Position numbers and translations under genes: made by a program
Notes under the pieces: model-generated
What the model was told of the DNA's origin: nothing
The model's input: only the letters and a program-made list of their open reading frames with translations
Databases searched by the model: none
Shown here: piece by piece, positions 29,184 through 38,873 of the stretch
Position numbering within the stretch: position 1 is the stretch's first letter
How the letters are laid out: the number at the start of each line of letters is the position of its first letter
Assembly (NCBI GenBank): GCA_963771075.1
Contig: CAVYSE010000017.1
Span: 96,001-160,000 of the forward strand
Direction: 5' to 3'
DNA length: 64,000 bases
DNA from: a candidate division FCPU426 bacterium
GTDB taxonomy: Bacteria; Oederibacteriota; Muellerivitia; Muellerivitales; Muellerivitaceae

Positions 29184-29945
29184 TCAGGCCGGGGGCAACC
29201 GGTAAACCCAAACGTTATAGCTTCCCGCGACGACCAAATAACCCTCCGGCGTCACGCAAAGATATTTCGCGTCCAAATAAGTCCGGTTCACGTCCGGTTT
29301 CTCGACCGTCAGGTCTCCCAGAAATTGGCCAGTGGCCCCCGAAAAGACCTGGATGAAATTATAGTTCCCATACCCCACATAAACGCGATCCTGCTTGTCC
29401 AAGGCGATGGTCCAGGGTTTTTCCTTGAGTTGGAGGCGGTACATAAACACGCCCTTGGAATCGATGACCTTGAGCCTCAAGTAATCGGACTCCACCTGGT
29501 AAGTACGCCCATTCACGGGCTCCGTTATGGAGTTTTCTGGATTGAAGGTGCCGAACTTATCGATCATTTCGGAATTCAGGAACTGCCCCTTTTGATCGAA
29601 TAGAAAAACGGTTTTCCCATCGGCGCTCAACACGGCAATCTTGCCCTCCCCGGGACAACAAATCCCCCGTATGGTGAGCGGCCCGGATTTTTGACCCGTT
29701 CCGTCGAAATGGCACATGAGATAAACCATGATCTTCGGGTGGGGCCAGCAACTAACCCCTCCCTGGTTAAAACGGTCCCAACCAAAACTGCAAGCCAATA
29801 AAAGGGGGATGCCGATCACCCAGGGCATCAGTCGGCTCCACAAAGACAAGGAAGCAGGAGGGGATAGGTTTTCCACGGGAAGGATTGGGGATTCCGGTAC
29901 GGTGGAAGCGGCGTTGGTTTTAGAGGTGTTTTTTTGTTTATTCAT
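29184..29945 (-). CDS. Short membrane-anchored NHL-like propeller protein
   Basis: C-terminal half aligns by eye to 24985-26031 (PWTIALDKQDRVYV..FIQVFS..GQFLGDL). Confidence 0.7.
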   Translation of the reverse strand: MNKQKNTSKTNAASTVPESPILPVENLSPPASLSLWSRLMPWVIGIPLLLACSFGWDRFNQGGVSCWPHPKIMVYLMCHFDGTGQKSGPLTIRGICCPGEGKIAVLSADGKTVFLFDQKGQFLNSEMIDKFGTFNPENSITEPVNGRTYQVESDYLRLKVIDSKGVFMYRLQLKEKPWTIALDKQDRVYVGYGNYNFIQVFSGATGQFLGDLTVEKPDVNRTYLDAKYLCVTPEGYLVVAGSYNVWVYRLPPA

Positions 29946-30215
29946 TCTTTTTTAATCAGGACGGCCGAATAGGAGAAAAAGCCAAGTTATTATCCTTAAT
30001 CCTTAAAAAGATTGCCAGCTTGAAATGGCCGAGCGGCCTTGGTTCATTACAAGGAGGAATTGCCGGACCTGCGCTTTACACTGTCCGCTTCAACGCTTTA
30101 CAATGTGACTACCGATAGGCTTTCGCGATCCTGATTAAGACGCGGATTCTTTTTCAACTTTATCAAAATTGAGAGGGCAGACTCTCTCGAATCGAACACT
30201 TCGCCCCGGGATCCT

Positions 30216-32891
30216 ATGCCGCGTCCATTAAAAAAATATCAACCCGACTCGAACCGAAGTTCAACCACTGGACAACCGGCGGGAGAAAATCTGAACCAGG
30301 CCCCGTCCCCCCACCCCAAATCCCCCTGGGATATTCCGATTTACGTCCTGATGGGCTTGTCCTTCCTCTTGTTGTTCCTCCGAAAGACCGGGTGGGGAGA
30401 AGATCTCTTGGCCCTTTCCATCCTTTTATTCTTTACGAAAAACAGCTTGGTTCGATGGCTGGCCAAGCCCTTGCGCTGGCTCTTCTTCCTCACCCCCTTC
30501 AAGCTCTTTATCTTGCTTCTGTTATGCTGGACGGGGTTTTCGCTAGTTTTGTTGACCTTCCCCTCCCACCGCTGGATGATCCCCCAGGCCACCGCCCTCC
30601 CCTTTCAATACTCACTGGAGGCGATGTTCGCCTGTTGGGCGGGAATCGTTGTGATCATGAAGCTCTTCCCCTCCAGTTCCACAGTCCCCAAGGATCTTTC
30701 TCCCTGGACAGCCGGGTTCTGGCTCCTTCTCATCCTGGGCGTGGATGCCTATTTGATCTTCTACAACGTGGACAAGCCCATTGGGGCGGCCTCGGAGGAC
30801 ACCGTGGTTTTTTCGGCCTTTGCCCGGCTGGTGTTCGACCTGAAAGATTACCGTTTCTTTTTCAACGGCGGCGCAGGCAACAGCTGGCAGCCTTTCTACC
30901 AATGGCTAATGAATTTGCTTTGGTACGTGAACCCGGATACCCCGGGAGTCCTCCTGGAAAGGATCACTTCCGCGTGCGTGAACCTTGCCATCGTGATCTT
31001 TCTATACCTGGCCGGCAAGGAAGCCGCCGGAAGACGGGTCGGGGTCTTCGCGGCAGGACTCGCCACGATCTGCCTGCCCCTTCTGACCAAAACCCTCGCC
31101 TGCCAGCACGGCAACACCCACACCCTCTTTGTCGCCCTGTCCCTTTGGCTATTCTTCCGGACTCTCCGCTCCCCCAAACTCATTAATTTTTTGCTTTGGG
31201 GAACGTCGGTGGCCCTGGGTATATACGCCTATATCATGTTCAGGCCCCTAGTCCCGCTCTTTGTTTTCAGCTCCCTTCTCTGGATCTATTTGAAACGAAA
31301 GGAAGAACGCGTCATTGATAAATCCGTCCACTTGGCTGTTTTCCTGACCCTCTTGATCTTCTTCTTTTACATCTTCTTTACCAACCACCTTTACGCGACC
31401 GACAACGACCTGGCCCGCATGGTCAACGTCTTCGGGCCATGGCTGCCCTGCATGGTTGTGGGTCTCTTTGTGGGGATCGTCCTTGCCTCCGCCCCACGCC
31501 TGATGTCCGTCGCCGACCGGTATCCGGGTCTGCTGGGTTGGGTGGCCGGTACCTGGATCTGCATGATCATTTCCTTCCCTCAGATGGCGAATCCCCACGA
31601 GCTATGGAACATGGTCTCGGCGGGAGCCTCCGGCAGGCCCATGACCTTCAAATCCGTCCAGGTTTACACCTACTTCTTTGATGTTCATTCCTGCGATTGG
31701 ATCAACCTGCATTTCCCCAACGATTCCTTTTTCGGTTTCACCGAATTGATATTCGGTGCGCTCGGTCTGGCCCTTGCGCTGGTTCGGCCCAACCTGAACC
31801 GGGTTTACCTCCTCCTGGCATTTCTATCGACTTTCGGGGTCTGGCTTTTGTCCGAATCCACCCACTCGGAGCGAATGATGGTTTGCGTTCCCCCCTTCCT
31901 GTTGCTTGGCGCCATGGGTGCGGGGCAGGTTTGGGACTGGATCACCCTGGCCACCCGAAGCGTCTTGGCCCGGGTCATCGCCGCAGTTTTCCTGGTGGGC
32001 CTGTTCGAATGGACGGCCCAGGGCGACTTTGACCGCGTACACAACCAATGGGCCGGATGCGTTTATGACGTGGATAACGCGGTTTGCCAGAGGGCCGCGA
32101 ACGACCAAAAAGAGGGAAAAAGGGTCTACATCGGTCCCGACCTGACCTGGACCCGCATTTCCTACATGCTTTATGAGAACCACCCGGTGCAGGTCCTGAA
32201 ACACGTCAACCCGATCTATGTGGCCCCCAATGACAAACCCCAGGACCTGGTAATCTATTTCCGGGGTAAGGACGACCATCAACTGGACGACCAGATGGCC
32301 AAGGATATTCAGGCCGCATTCCCGAAGGTTACTTTCGAGACCATCCGAAATCCGTTTGACGAAAACGGCTGGCCCCTAGGTTCCCGTTGCCAGATCGCTT
32401 TCGCGGACATCCTGCGCAACCGAAAACAGACCATCTTTCAGGTCAAGAAGATCAAACCGCCCGTCTGGACAAGGGAATACTTCGCCGCCGACACGGGCAT
32501 GCGTCCTGCCGTGCTGGATTGGGTGGATTGCGTTCCCCATATCTCGGATCCCTTCCCCACCGACATCAAAATGGATTACGAGGGATACCGCTACCAGGGG
32601 GTTATCCACGTGAAAAAAGGGGGGAAATACAAGATCAATTGCGCCAATGATTCCCGGACCATCCTGAAGATCGACGGGAGGGATGTATTAGACATGGTTT
32701 TCCCGCGAACTGAGCATTTCACCACACCCGCCCGCACGGACACCAATACCCTCAACCTAGAAGCGGGCAACCACACAATCCAGGTCACCGGCCTGATCCC
32801 CCAGACACACCAGCCCCCAGTAATCACCTTGAGTTCCTTAGGCACCCCGGACCTAAAGGACCTATCCCTTTGGTCCTCTTTCGACTTTTAA
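30216..32891 (+). CDS. ArnT/PMT-like GT-C membrane protein with C-terminal PA14-like domain; paralog of 26301-29126
   Basis: LYLAGKEAAGRRVG, GIYAYIMFR, PNDSFFG, HSER, KKGGKY...DSRTILKIDG...LEAGNH; ends SLWSSFDF. Confidence 0.75.
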   Translation: MPRPLKKYQPDSNRSSTTGQPAGENLNQAPSPHPKSPWDIPIYVLMGLSFLLLFLRKTGWGEDLLALSILLFFTKNSLVRWLAKPLRWLFFLTPFKLFILLLLCWTGFSLVLLTFPSHRWMIPQATALPFQYSLEAMFACWAGIVVIMKLFPSSSTVPKDLSPWTAGFWLLLILGVDAYLIFYNVDKPIGAASEDTVVFSAFARLVFDLKDYRFFFNGGAGNSWQPFYQWLMNLLWYVNPDTPGVLLERITSACVNLAIVIFLYLAGKEAAGRRVGVFAAGLATICLPLLTKTLACQHGNTHTLFVALSLWLFFRTLRSPKLINFLLWGTSVALGIYAYIMFRPLVPLFVFSSLLWIYLKRKEERVIDKSVHLAVFLTLLIFFFYIFFTNHLYATDNDLARMVNVFGPWLPCMVVGLFVGIVLASAPRLMSVADRYPGLLGWVAGTWICMIISFPQMANPHELWNMVSAGASGRPMTFKSVQVYTYFFDVHSCDWINLHFPNDSFFGFTELIFGALGLALALVRPNLNRVYLLLAFLSTFGVWLLSESTHSERMMVCVPPFLLLGAMGAGQVWDWITLATRSVLARVIAAVFLVGLFEWTAQGDFDRVHNQWAGCVYDVDNAVCQRAANDQKEGKRVYIGPDLTWTRISYMLYENHPVQVLKHVNPIYVAPNDKPQDLVIYFRGKDDHQLDDQMAKDIQAAFPKVTFETIRNPFDENGWPLGSRCQIAFADILRNRKQTIFQVKKIKPPVWTREYFAADTGMRPAVLDWVDCVPHISDPFPTDIKMDYEGYRYQGVIHVKKGGKYKINCANDSRTILKIDGRDVLDMVFPRTEHFTTPARTDTNTLNLEAGNHTIQVTGLIPQTHQPPVITLSSLGTPDLKDLSLWSSFDF

Positions 32892-33031
32892 GGGTATCTC
32901 CTAGCTCCTCAGCTGAAACCCCTCGTACAATTCAACTCTTCGCTCATGTTTTTAAAAGGGGGAAACTCATCCGGTCTGCAATTCGATCGGCTTATTAAAT
33001 TAGGGATTATCCTGTCCACAGTTCGAAATCA

Positions 33032-35110
33032 CTATTGGGCATGGAACCAGCCTTGCTGTTTGACGAACTCCAATCCCCTCTTGGCTTCCGCGTGGTTGGG
33101 ATCCAGATCCAGTACCTTCTGGAACATCTCACCCGCCTTTTGCCCCTGCCCCAGGTTCAGGGCCGCCACCGCGGCGTTGAAATAAGCATCCTTGTATTTC
33201 GGATCTAATAGCAAAGCTTTGGCGTAATAATCCAATGCTTCCGAGTTCCTGCCCAGATGCACCAGGGCATTTCCCACGTTGAAGGCATAAATCGGATCAG
33301 TTGGGTTAAAGTTCTGGCACCAGGCATATTGTTGGAAAGACTTAAGATAATCCTGAAGAATTTGTAACTGATCCTGGGGGTTGGGTGGCTTGGAAAGTCT
33401 CGCCGTCGCGTCATCCGCCCGGTTCTCGAAATAAACTCCCAACCCATTGCGGTCCACGGCGTAATCTTCTAGGATCCATTGGCGGGTGCGCATGTCTATC
33501 GGGATGCTGGAGTCCGACAGATGGCGCATTCGAAGGGCATCCCATAAATATCGGGCCTTGAGCTCATCCAACGGAGGCAGGGTTTGGTTGATGAAACATT
33601 GGTAAACCAACCCGTAGGGCAAGAGGTTCTGGACGGGCTGGGTCTTGGAATCGATCTGGTTATAGCTTAAGAACTGAGGTATCGAGTTGTTCTTGAGGAT
33701 GAGCCAGGACATGAGGTTGGAAATCGATTCGTTGCCCATGGGCTGCCGGGAAAAGGGCACGGAAAGTTTCGGGTGCTGAAAATTCAAGTCACGCCTTATC
33801 CAGTCCATGGGTAGGCCATCCACCCCCACCACCGCCAAGTCGGGCCGGAACCTTTCCACCCATTGGAAATACCAGGAAGGAAAGACCAGCCCGTCTCCCC
33901 GGCAAAAGAAAAGCGAGTTCTCCGGAAGACACTTGAAGCTGTTCAGGGTGAAATCATAAACGTAACTATAGTTCGTCTGCCGGTCTTTGAGGGTTCGGAA
34001 AGTCCCCAACCCAAGGGCCCATAAAGCAAGCAGGACCGCAACGCCCGCCAAAAATCTTTTCTTAAGTGCCGGTTCCAATTGGTCTTGAAACTGTCCTATT
34101 CCCCATCCCAAAAAGATCAAAACCATCAAATGGGTCGGGAGGATATAGGAACTGATCAGGTAAAACCGGTCCACTGAAAGATGCAGGTAAAGGCTGACGG
34201 TCAATAGAAGGCAGGCCCACCCCGTGATTAAACCTATCGCCAGGGGTACTTTCTTCTTTAATAGAGGCAGTGCGAAAACCAAGGCCGCAAGCGAAAGACC
34301 CGCGAATTCCACCCACTGTCCCGTGAAAGCGTACTGGGCCTGTGAGAACCAATCCGACAGGGACCCATTGGCCTCGGCTCCCTGGTATTCCCGACGGGCC
34401 AGGACAAAAAGGAAATTCTTCAAATTCCAGGGGCTTCCCCAGTTCAGGAGGGGCCCCCGGGTGGAAAGAATAGGCAAGGCCAGCCAAAGGGACGAGCCCA
34501 GGGTGAAACAAGCCGCCATCGGGAACAGGCCCCCTTCTTTCACCGAACGTTTTTCCCTTTCCAAGTAGGCCATCGCGACCAAACCCGGCGCAGAAACGAC
34601 TAGGGTCATCCAATGGTGGGTGAAAAAGATTCCAGCCAGGAAAGCCGCCAACCAGGTTTTCCCTTCCCGCAGTGACCAAAAGAGGCCTAAGAGAAATAGG
34701 GCGTTCAATTCGTAAACCTCGCCCTTCGCGCTCAAGGCTGCGGGATAAAGGCTGGCACCCGTAACCCACATCAGGGCGATAGGCACGGCGAACCTGGGGT
34801 TAACACGCAACGCTTTTACAAGGAAAAGGAAAAGCAAAACACAAACAATAGCGGCAAGAAAGGCCGATAAAAGGTTCACCCGAAAGGGAATCCCTCCCAA
34901 CGAAAACAATGTGGCGATGTGACCCAGCAGGGTCAGGAAGGGATAACCGGGAGGGTGCGGCACGCCCAAGGTCGCGGCGGCGGTAATGGTTTCCGGGCTG
35001 TCGTCCCCGTAAAAGGATGGGTTCAGGGCAGACAACAGAAAATGGAAAGCGGCTAAGAAAAGTAAAAAAGGAACCAGGAAACGGATGAACCCGGAGGATA
35101 ATTTCATCAA
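33032..35110 (-). CDS. DUF2723 / TMEM260-like membrane glycosyltransferase with C-terminal TPRs
   Basis: YGDDSPETITAAATLGVPHPPGYP signature, GEVYELN, THHWMT, LNWG.P; TPRs YAFNVGNAL...ALLLDPKYKDAYFN...VLDLDPNHAEA. Confidence 0.85.
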   Translation of the reverse strand: MMKLSSGFIRFLVPFLLFLAAFHFLLSALNPSFYGDDSPETITAAATLGVPHPPGYPFLTLLGHIATLFSLGGIPFRVNLLSAFLAAIVCVLLFLFLVKALRVNPRFAVPIALMWVTGASLYPAALSAKGEVYELNALFLLGLFWSLREGKTWLAAFLAGIFFTHHWMTLVVSAPGLVAMAYLEREKRSVKEGGLFPMAACFTLGSSLWLALPILSTRGPLLNWGSPWNLKNFLFVLARREYQGAEANGSLSDWFSQAQYAFTGQWVEFAGLSLAALVFALPLLKKKVPLAIGLITGWACLLLTVSLYLHLSVDRFYLISSYILPTHLMVLIFLGWGIGQFQDQLEPALKKRFLAGVAVLLALWALGLGTFRTLKDRQTNYSYVYDFTLNSFKCLPENSLFFCRGDGLVFPSWYFQWVERFRPDLAVVGVDGLPMDWIRRDLNFQHPKLSVPFSRQPMGNESISNLMSWLILKNNSIPQFLSYNQIDSKTQPVQNLLPYGLVYQCFINQTLPPLDELKARYLWDALRMRHLSDSSIPIDMRTRQWILEDYAVDRNGLGVYFENRADDATARLSKPPNPQDQLQILQDYLKSFQQYAWCQNFNPTDPIYAFNVGNALVHLGRNSEALDYYAKALLLDPKYKDAYFNAAVAALNLGQGQKAGEMFQKVLDLDPNHAEAKRGLEFVKQQGWFHAQ

Positions 35111-35132
35111 GGAACTCCGTTACTTGAATATC

Positions 35133-36881
35133 TTAAAACAGGATGGCCTTGAGTTCTGGAGGGACACCCTCGCGGATCAGGTTCAACACCTCGTCTGGCG
35201 TACGAAGTTTCAGGGCCTCCCGGGCGATATTTTGGGCAATGTCAAAGGGCATCAAGCGAATGACCTTCTTGATCTCTGGGATCACGGACATCGAAACGGA
35301 AAACTCATCCAAACCCATCCCGAGCAACAGGGGTACGCACTGGGGATCTCCCGCCATTTCCCCGCACATCCCCGCCCACTTGCCATGACGGTGACAGGCC
35401 TCAATGGTCATTTGGATCAACCGCAAGATGGCAGGATTGAGGGGCTCGTAAAGGTAGGCCACCGCCTCATTCACGCGGTCCACCGCCAGTGTGTATTGGA
35501 TTAAGTCGTTGGTGCCGATGGATAAAAAATCCAGTTCCTGGATCAAAAGGTCCGACATGAGCGCCGCCGATGGAATCTCGATCATGGCGCCGATTTCGAT
35601 GCGATCCCTCAAGATCTTCCCTTCCAGCTTGAGTTCCTTGGTGCACTCGGCCAGCACCTGCTTGGCCTGACGCACCTCGTCCAGGTTGGAAATCATCGGA
35701 AACATCACCTTGATCGGGCCGGACGCAGCCGCCCGCAGGATGGCCCGTAGCTGGGGCTTGAATATGTCTGGACGTTTGAGGCAAAAACGAATCGCGCGCA
35801 AGCCCAAAAAGGGGTTTGATTCCTGGGGTGCGTTCAGGTGGCTAAGGACCTTGTCCCCGCCCAAGTCCAGGGTGCGCAAGATGGCGGGGCTAACCCCGGC
35901 CTTTTCGGCCAGGTTGCGGTATGCCTCGTACTGTTCCTCCTCGCCGGGTACCTCGGCGCGGTCCAGGAAAAGGAACTCGGTGCGGAACAGGCCCACACCC
36001 TCCGCACCGTGCCGGAAAATCTCGTCCAGTTCCTGCGGAATCTCGATGTTTGCGGCTAAGGTCACTTGATGCCCGTCGGGCGTGATCGCAGGAAGGGACC
36101 GAAGCTCCTCCAGGCTACGCTGAAAAGCCTCGTAGCTTTCCTTCAGTCGCTGGTATTGTTTGAGGGTTTGGGGGTTGGGGTTGACGACCACCAGCCCCTT
36201 GTTGCCGTCCACGATGAGGATATCCCCGTCCTCCACCTCCCCCACCAGGGTTTGCATACCAACCACCGCTGGAAGGCCCAGAGAACGGGCCACGATCGCC
36301 ACATGGGAGGTTCTCCCACCCACGTCCGTGCAGAATCCCTTCACCCGGTCCGTGGGCATGGTCACGGTATCGGAGGGGGCCAAATCTCGGGCCACCACCA
36401 CCACCTCCCGGTCCAATTTCTTGAGCTGGTCCCTTTCCGTTCCCATGAGGTTCTTCAACAGCCGTTCGCCCACATCCTGGATGTCCACCCCCCGCTCACG
36501 GAAATAAGGGTCTTCCAGGGTGGCAATGAGGGTCTTGAACTTTTCCAAGCCCTCGGCGACCAGATGTTCGGCGTTCAGCCTTCTTTTCGAGATGGCCTCG
36601 GGAATCTCCTCCAGGAAGAGCGGATCCTCCAAGACGACCTGGTGGGCCTGGAAAATGGCGACGTGCTCGTCCCCTAATTTTTCCTGCATCCGGGTCTCTA
36701 ACTCGAGGATCTGTTCCTTGGTCTTGCGTAAGGCATCCCGGTAACGGTTCGATTCGAATTCCACCTCCTCGGGGCGCAAGGCGCGCCGCGGGACGGAAAA
36801 ACCCTGGGGATAATAAAGATATACGGGGCCGATCCCGATACCGCCGGAAGCGGCGACTCCCTGGAAGATCTTTTCAGGCAA
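35133..36881 (-). CDS. ptsI: PEP-protein phosphotransferase, PTS enzyme I
   Basis: GGRTSHVAIVARS phospho-His motif, GVGLFRTEFLF, RTLDLGGDK, NPFLGLRAIR, DFLSIGTNDLIQY, CGEMAGDP. Confidence 0.97.
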   Translation of the reverse strand: MPEKIFQGVAASGGIGIGPVYLYYPQGFSVPRRALRPEEVEFESNRYRDALRKTKEQILELETRMQEKLGDEHVAIFQAHQVVLEDPLFLEEIPEAISKRRLNAEHLVAEGLEKFKTLIATLEDPYFRERGVDIQDVGERLLKNLMGTERDQLKKLDREVVVVARDLAPSDTVTMPTDRVKGFCTDVGGRTSHVAIVARSLGLPAVVGMQTLVGEVEDGDILIVDGNKGLVVVNPNPQTLKQYQRLKESYEAFQRSLEELRSLPAITPDGHQVTLAANIEIPQELDEIFRHGAEGVGLFRTEFLFLDRAEVPGEEEQYEAYRNLAEKAGVSPAILRTLDLGGDKVLSHLNAPQESNPFLGLRAIRFCLKRPDIFKPQLRAILRAAASGPIKVMFPMISNLDEVRQAKQVLAECTKELKLEGKILRDRIEIGAMIEIPSAALMSDLLIQELDFLSIGTNDLIQYTLAVDRVNEAVAYLYEPLNPAILRLIQMTIEACHRHGKWAGMCGEMAGDPQCVPLLLGMGLDEFSVSMSVIPEIKKVIRLMPFDIAQNIAREALKLRTPDEVLNLIREGVPPELKAILF

Positions 36882-36884
36882 GGT

Positions 36885-37157
36885 CTACTCCTTTTCCCCG
36901 AACTTTTGCGCGAGAAGCTGTTTGAGCGCCGACAGGGCGTCCTTGGCGTCGTCCCCCTCAGCCACAAATTCCAGTTCCGTTCCCTTCGCCGCGGCCAAGG
37001 TCATAAGCCCCATGAGGCTCTTGGCATTCACGTTTTGGACCCCGTGGTGGATGGTGATCTGGCTTTTGAACTTGTTCGCCACTTTCACCAGTTCCGCGGC
37101 GGCCCTCAAGTGAAGGCCCAGCTTGTTGGAAATGGTCAAATTCTCGGTTGCTTTCAT
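36885..37157 (-). CDS. ptsH: Phosphocarrier protein HPr
   Basis: GLHLRAAA (His15) and VNAKSLMGLMTL (Ser46 site). Confidence 0.96.
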   Translation of the reverse strand: MKATENLTISNKLGLHLRAAAELVKVANKFKSQITIHHGVQNVNAKSLMGLMTLAAAKGTELEFVAEGDDAKDALSALKQLLAQKFGEKE

Positions 37158-37167
37158 GACGGCCCTT

Positions 37168-38109
37168 TCAATTGACGATGGATCCTGGATTCAGGGTGTG
37201 CCCCCGGTCCAGGGTGGCGCCCTGGACCGGGGGACACCCGGCAGCCGATGAGACGACCGGCATGGTAGCCCCTGGCAAGCCTGGGGTCGTGCTCAACTCG
37301 GGCCAATAAGCCAGCATCAGTGCGAACAAGATCACCGCATAAAACAATTGGCCCGGGCTTATCTTTCGATGGAGCGCGAAAGTGAATAGAACCAGGATGG
37401 CGCCGAAGAACCCCAGCTTCATCAGAAACAAGCCTGGCTGGGCCTCCAAATCAGTCCGATTCACGAAGACAATCAGCACCGCGACCAACAAAACCGAGGC
37501 GATGCGGATTCCACGGATGGCTTCCTGAAATCCAAAACGCCTCAGGGAAAGGACCACCTGGTCGCTTTTTTTGTAACCCAACCGGAAGCCCAAAAACCTC
37601 ATCCCCAGATGGACTATATTGAAGGAAACCAGGAACAAAAGGGGAACCACCCAACATTCCACCTGAGGCCCCAGGGCCTGGGTCATGACTAACGTCACCG
37701 CCAGAAGACCGCAATAGGGGCGGATCGTCGCCCAGAAGAAATTGTCCCCCATGGCCGCAAGGGGGCCCATCATTCCCACCTTTAAAGCGTTTATTTCCTC
37801 TTCCTTCTGTTTTTGAAGTTCATGGGAGGCTTGGACCCTTTCCTCTTCCATTTTTATGACCGCCCCTAATATGAAAGAAGCCATATAGGGATGGGTGTTA
37901 AAGTAATCCAAATGGCGGGATAAAACCTCGCCCCTCTCCCCCTTGGGGTAGAGGCGCCGAATCACAGGGCAAAGCACGTAGGCTACTCCGTAATTCAAAT
38001 AACGCTCGAAATTCCAGGCTGCCTGGAGGAAAAGGCTCCTAACAAAGGCCGATGAGAGCGAGGGGAGGCCCGCCCGGATTGCGGCCCCAGGTTTTGTTTC
38101 CGGGCTCAC
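37168..38109 (-). CDS. PTS mannose/fructose/sorbose family IID component
   Basis: LQAAWNFER, RHLDYFNTHPY, KVGMMGPLAAMGDNFFW. Confidence 0.92.
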   Translation of the reverse strand: MSPETKPGAAIRAGLPSLSSAFVRSLFLQAAWNFERYLNYGVAYVLCPVIRRLYPKGERGEVLSRHLDYFNTHPYMASFILGAVIKMEEERVQASHELQKQKEEEINALKVGMMGPLAAMGDNFFWATIRPYCGLLAVTLVMTQALGPQVECWVVPLLFLVSFNIVHLGMRFLGFRLGYKKSDQVVLSLRRFGFQEAIRGIRIASVLLVAVLIVFVNRTDLEAQPGLFLMKLGFFGAILVLFTFALHRKISPGQLFYAVILFALMLAYWPELSTTPGLPGATMPVVSSAAGCPPVQGATLDRGHTLNPGSIVN

Positions 38110-38873
38110 GAGACTTCTCCTTTTCCAACCATCATCAAGATGGCTCCAAAACCGGCCAAAACTGCCAATCCCACCAGGCCCACCCCGTGCAGGTGGCCAA
38201 AAAGAGCTAGCGCGAGAATGACTGCCAGGGACAAAATCAGGGTCAAGGCCATGCGTTTTTCTAATACCAGGTCAATCACCGCAGCCGCCCCCAATGCCAA
38301 TAAAAGCCAATGGGCATAGCGCAGGCCCTCCACCACCTTATCGGGAAGGATGAAAAAAAAGTTGGCGCTTAAGTGAACGACAGTCAACCCCAAAAGAGCC
38401 ATCAAAAACCCTTTTAAGAAAAGTTCCGTGATCACCGCCCAGTTGACCCATTCGAATGTTTTCAAGTGGCTTCCTAATGCCATGCGTTGCGCGAAATGGA
38501 CCCAGCGAACATGGAATTTCCTCAACTCGATTTCCGCTTGGGTAGAAAAGAGGGCCAGCGGTATGACAATGCCCAAAGCATAGGTGATCGCGGCCTCGGC
38601 GTTCCCACCCCGGCCCACCAACTCGCAAGCGAAGGCCACGGAAATACCCGAAAGCATGCAAAGGTCCAGGGGTAGGTGCGCGCCCACGGGTACGTCCGCG
38701 ATCCAAAGAAGCTCGATCAATGCTCCCATCGTCAAACCCAGCTCCACGTGTCCCGTCACCAGGCCCACCAGCGGCCCCACCACGATGGGCCGGGATAGCA
38801 TAAATTGACCGACAGCGGACACGTCCAAACTCAGGAGGCCCAATAGCAGGGATAAGGGAAGCAAGGAAGGCAT
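38106..38873 (-). CDS. PTS mannose/fructose/sorbose family IIC component
   Basis: GQFMLSRPIVVGPLVGL..G....GL.MGALIELLW...PVGA; ATG at 38873 overlaps the GH57 stop (TGATG). Confidence 0.9.
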   Translation of the reverse strand: MPSLLPLSLLLGLLSLDVSAVGQFMLSRPIVVGPLVGLVTGHVELGLTMGALIELLWIADVPVGAHLPLDLCMLSGISVAFACELVGRGGNAEAAITYALGIVIPLALFSTQAEIELRKFHVRWVHFAQRMALGSHLKTFEWVNWAVITELFLKGFLMALLGLTVVHLSANFFFILPDKVVEGLRYAHWLLLALGAAAVIDLVLEKRMALTLILSLAVILALALFGHLHGVGLVGLAVLAGFGAILMMVGKGEVS

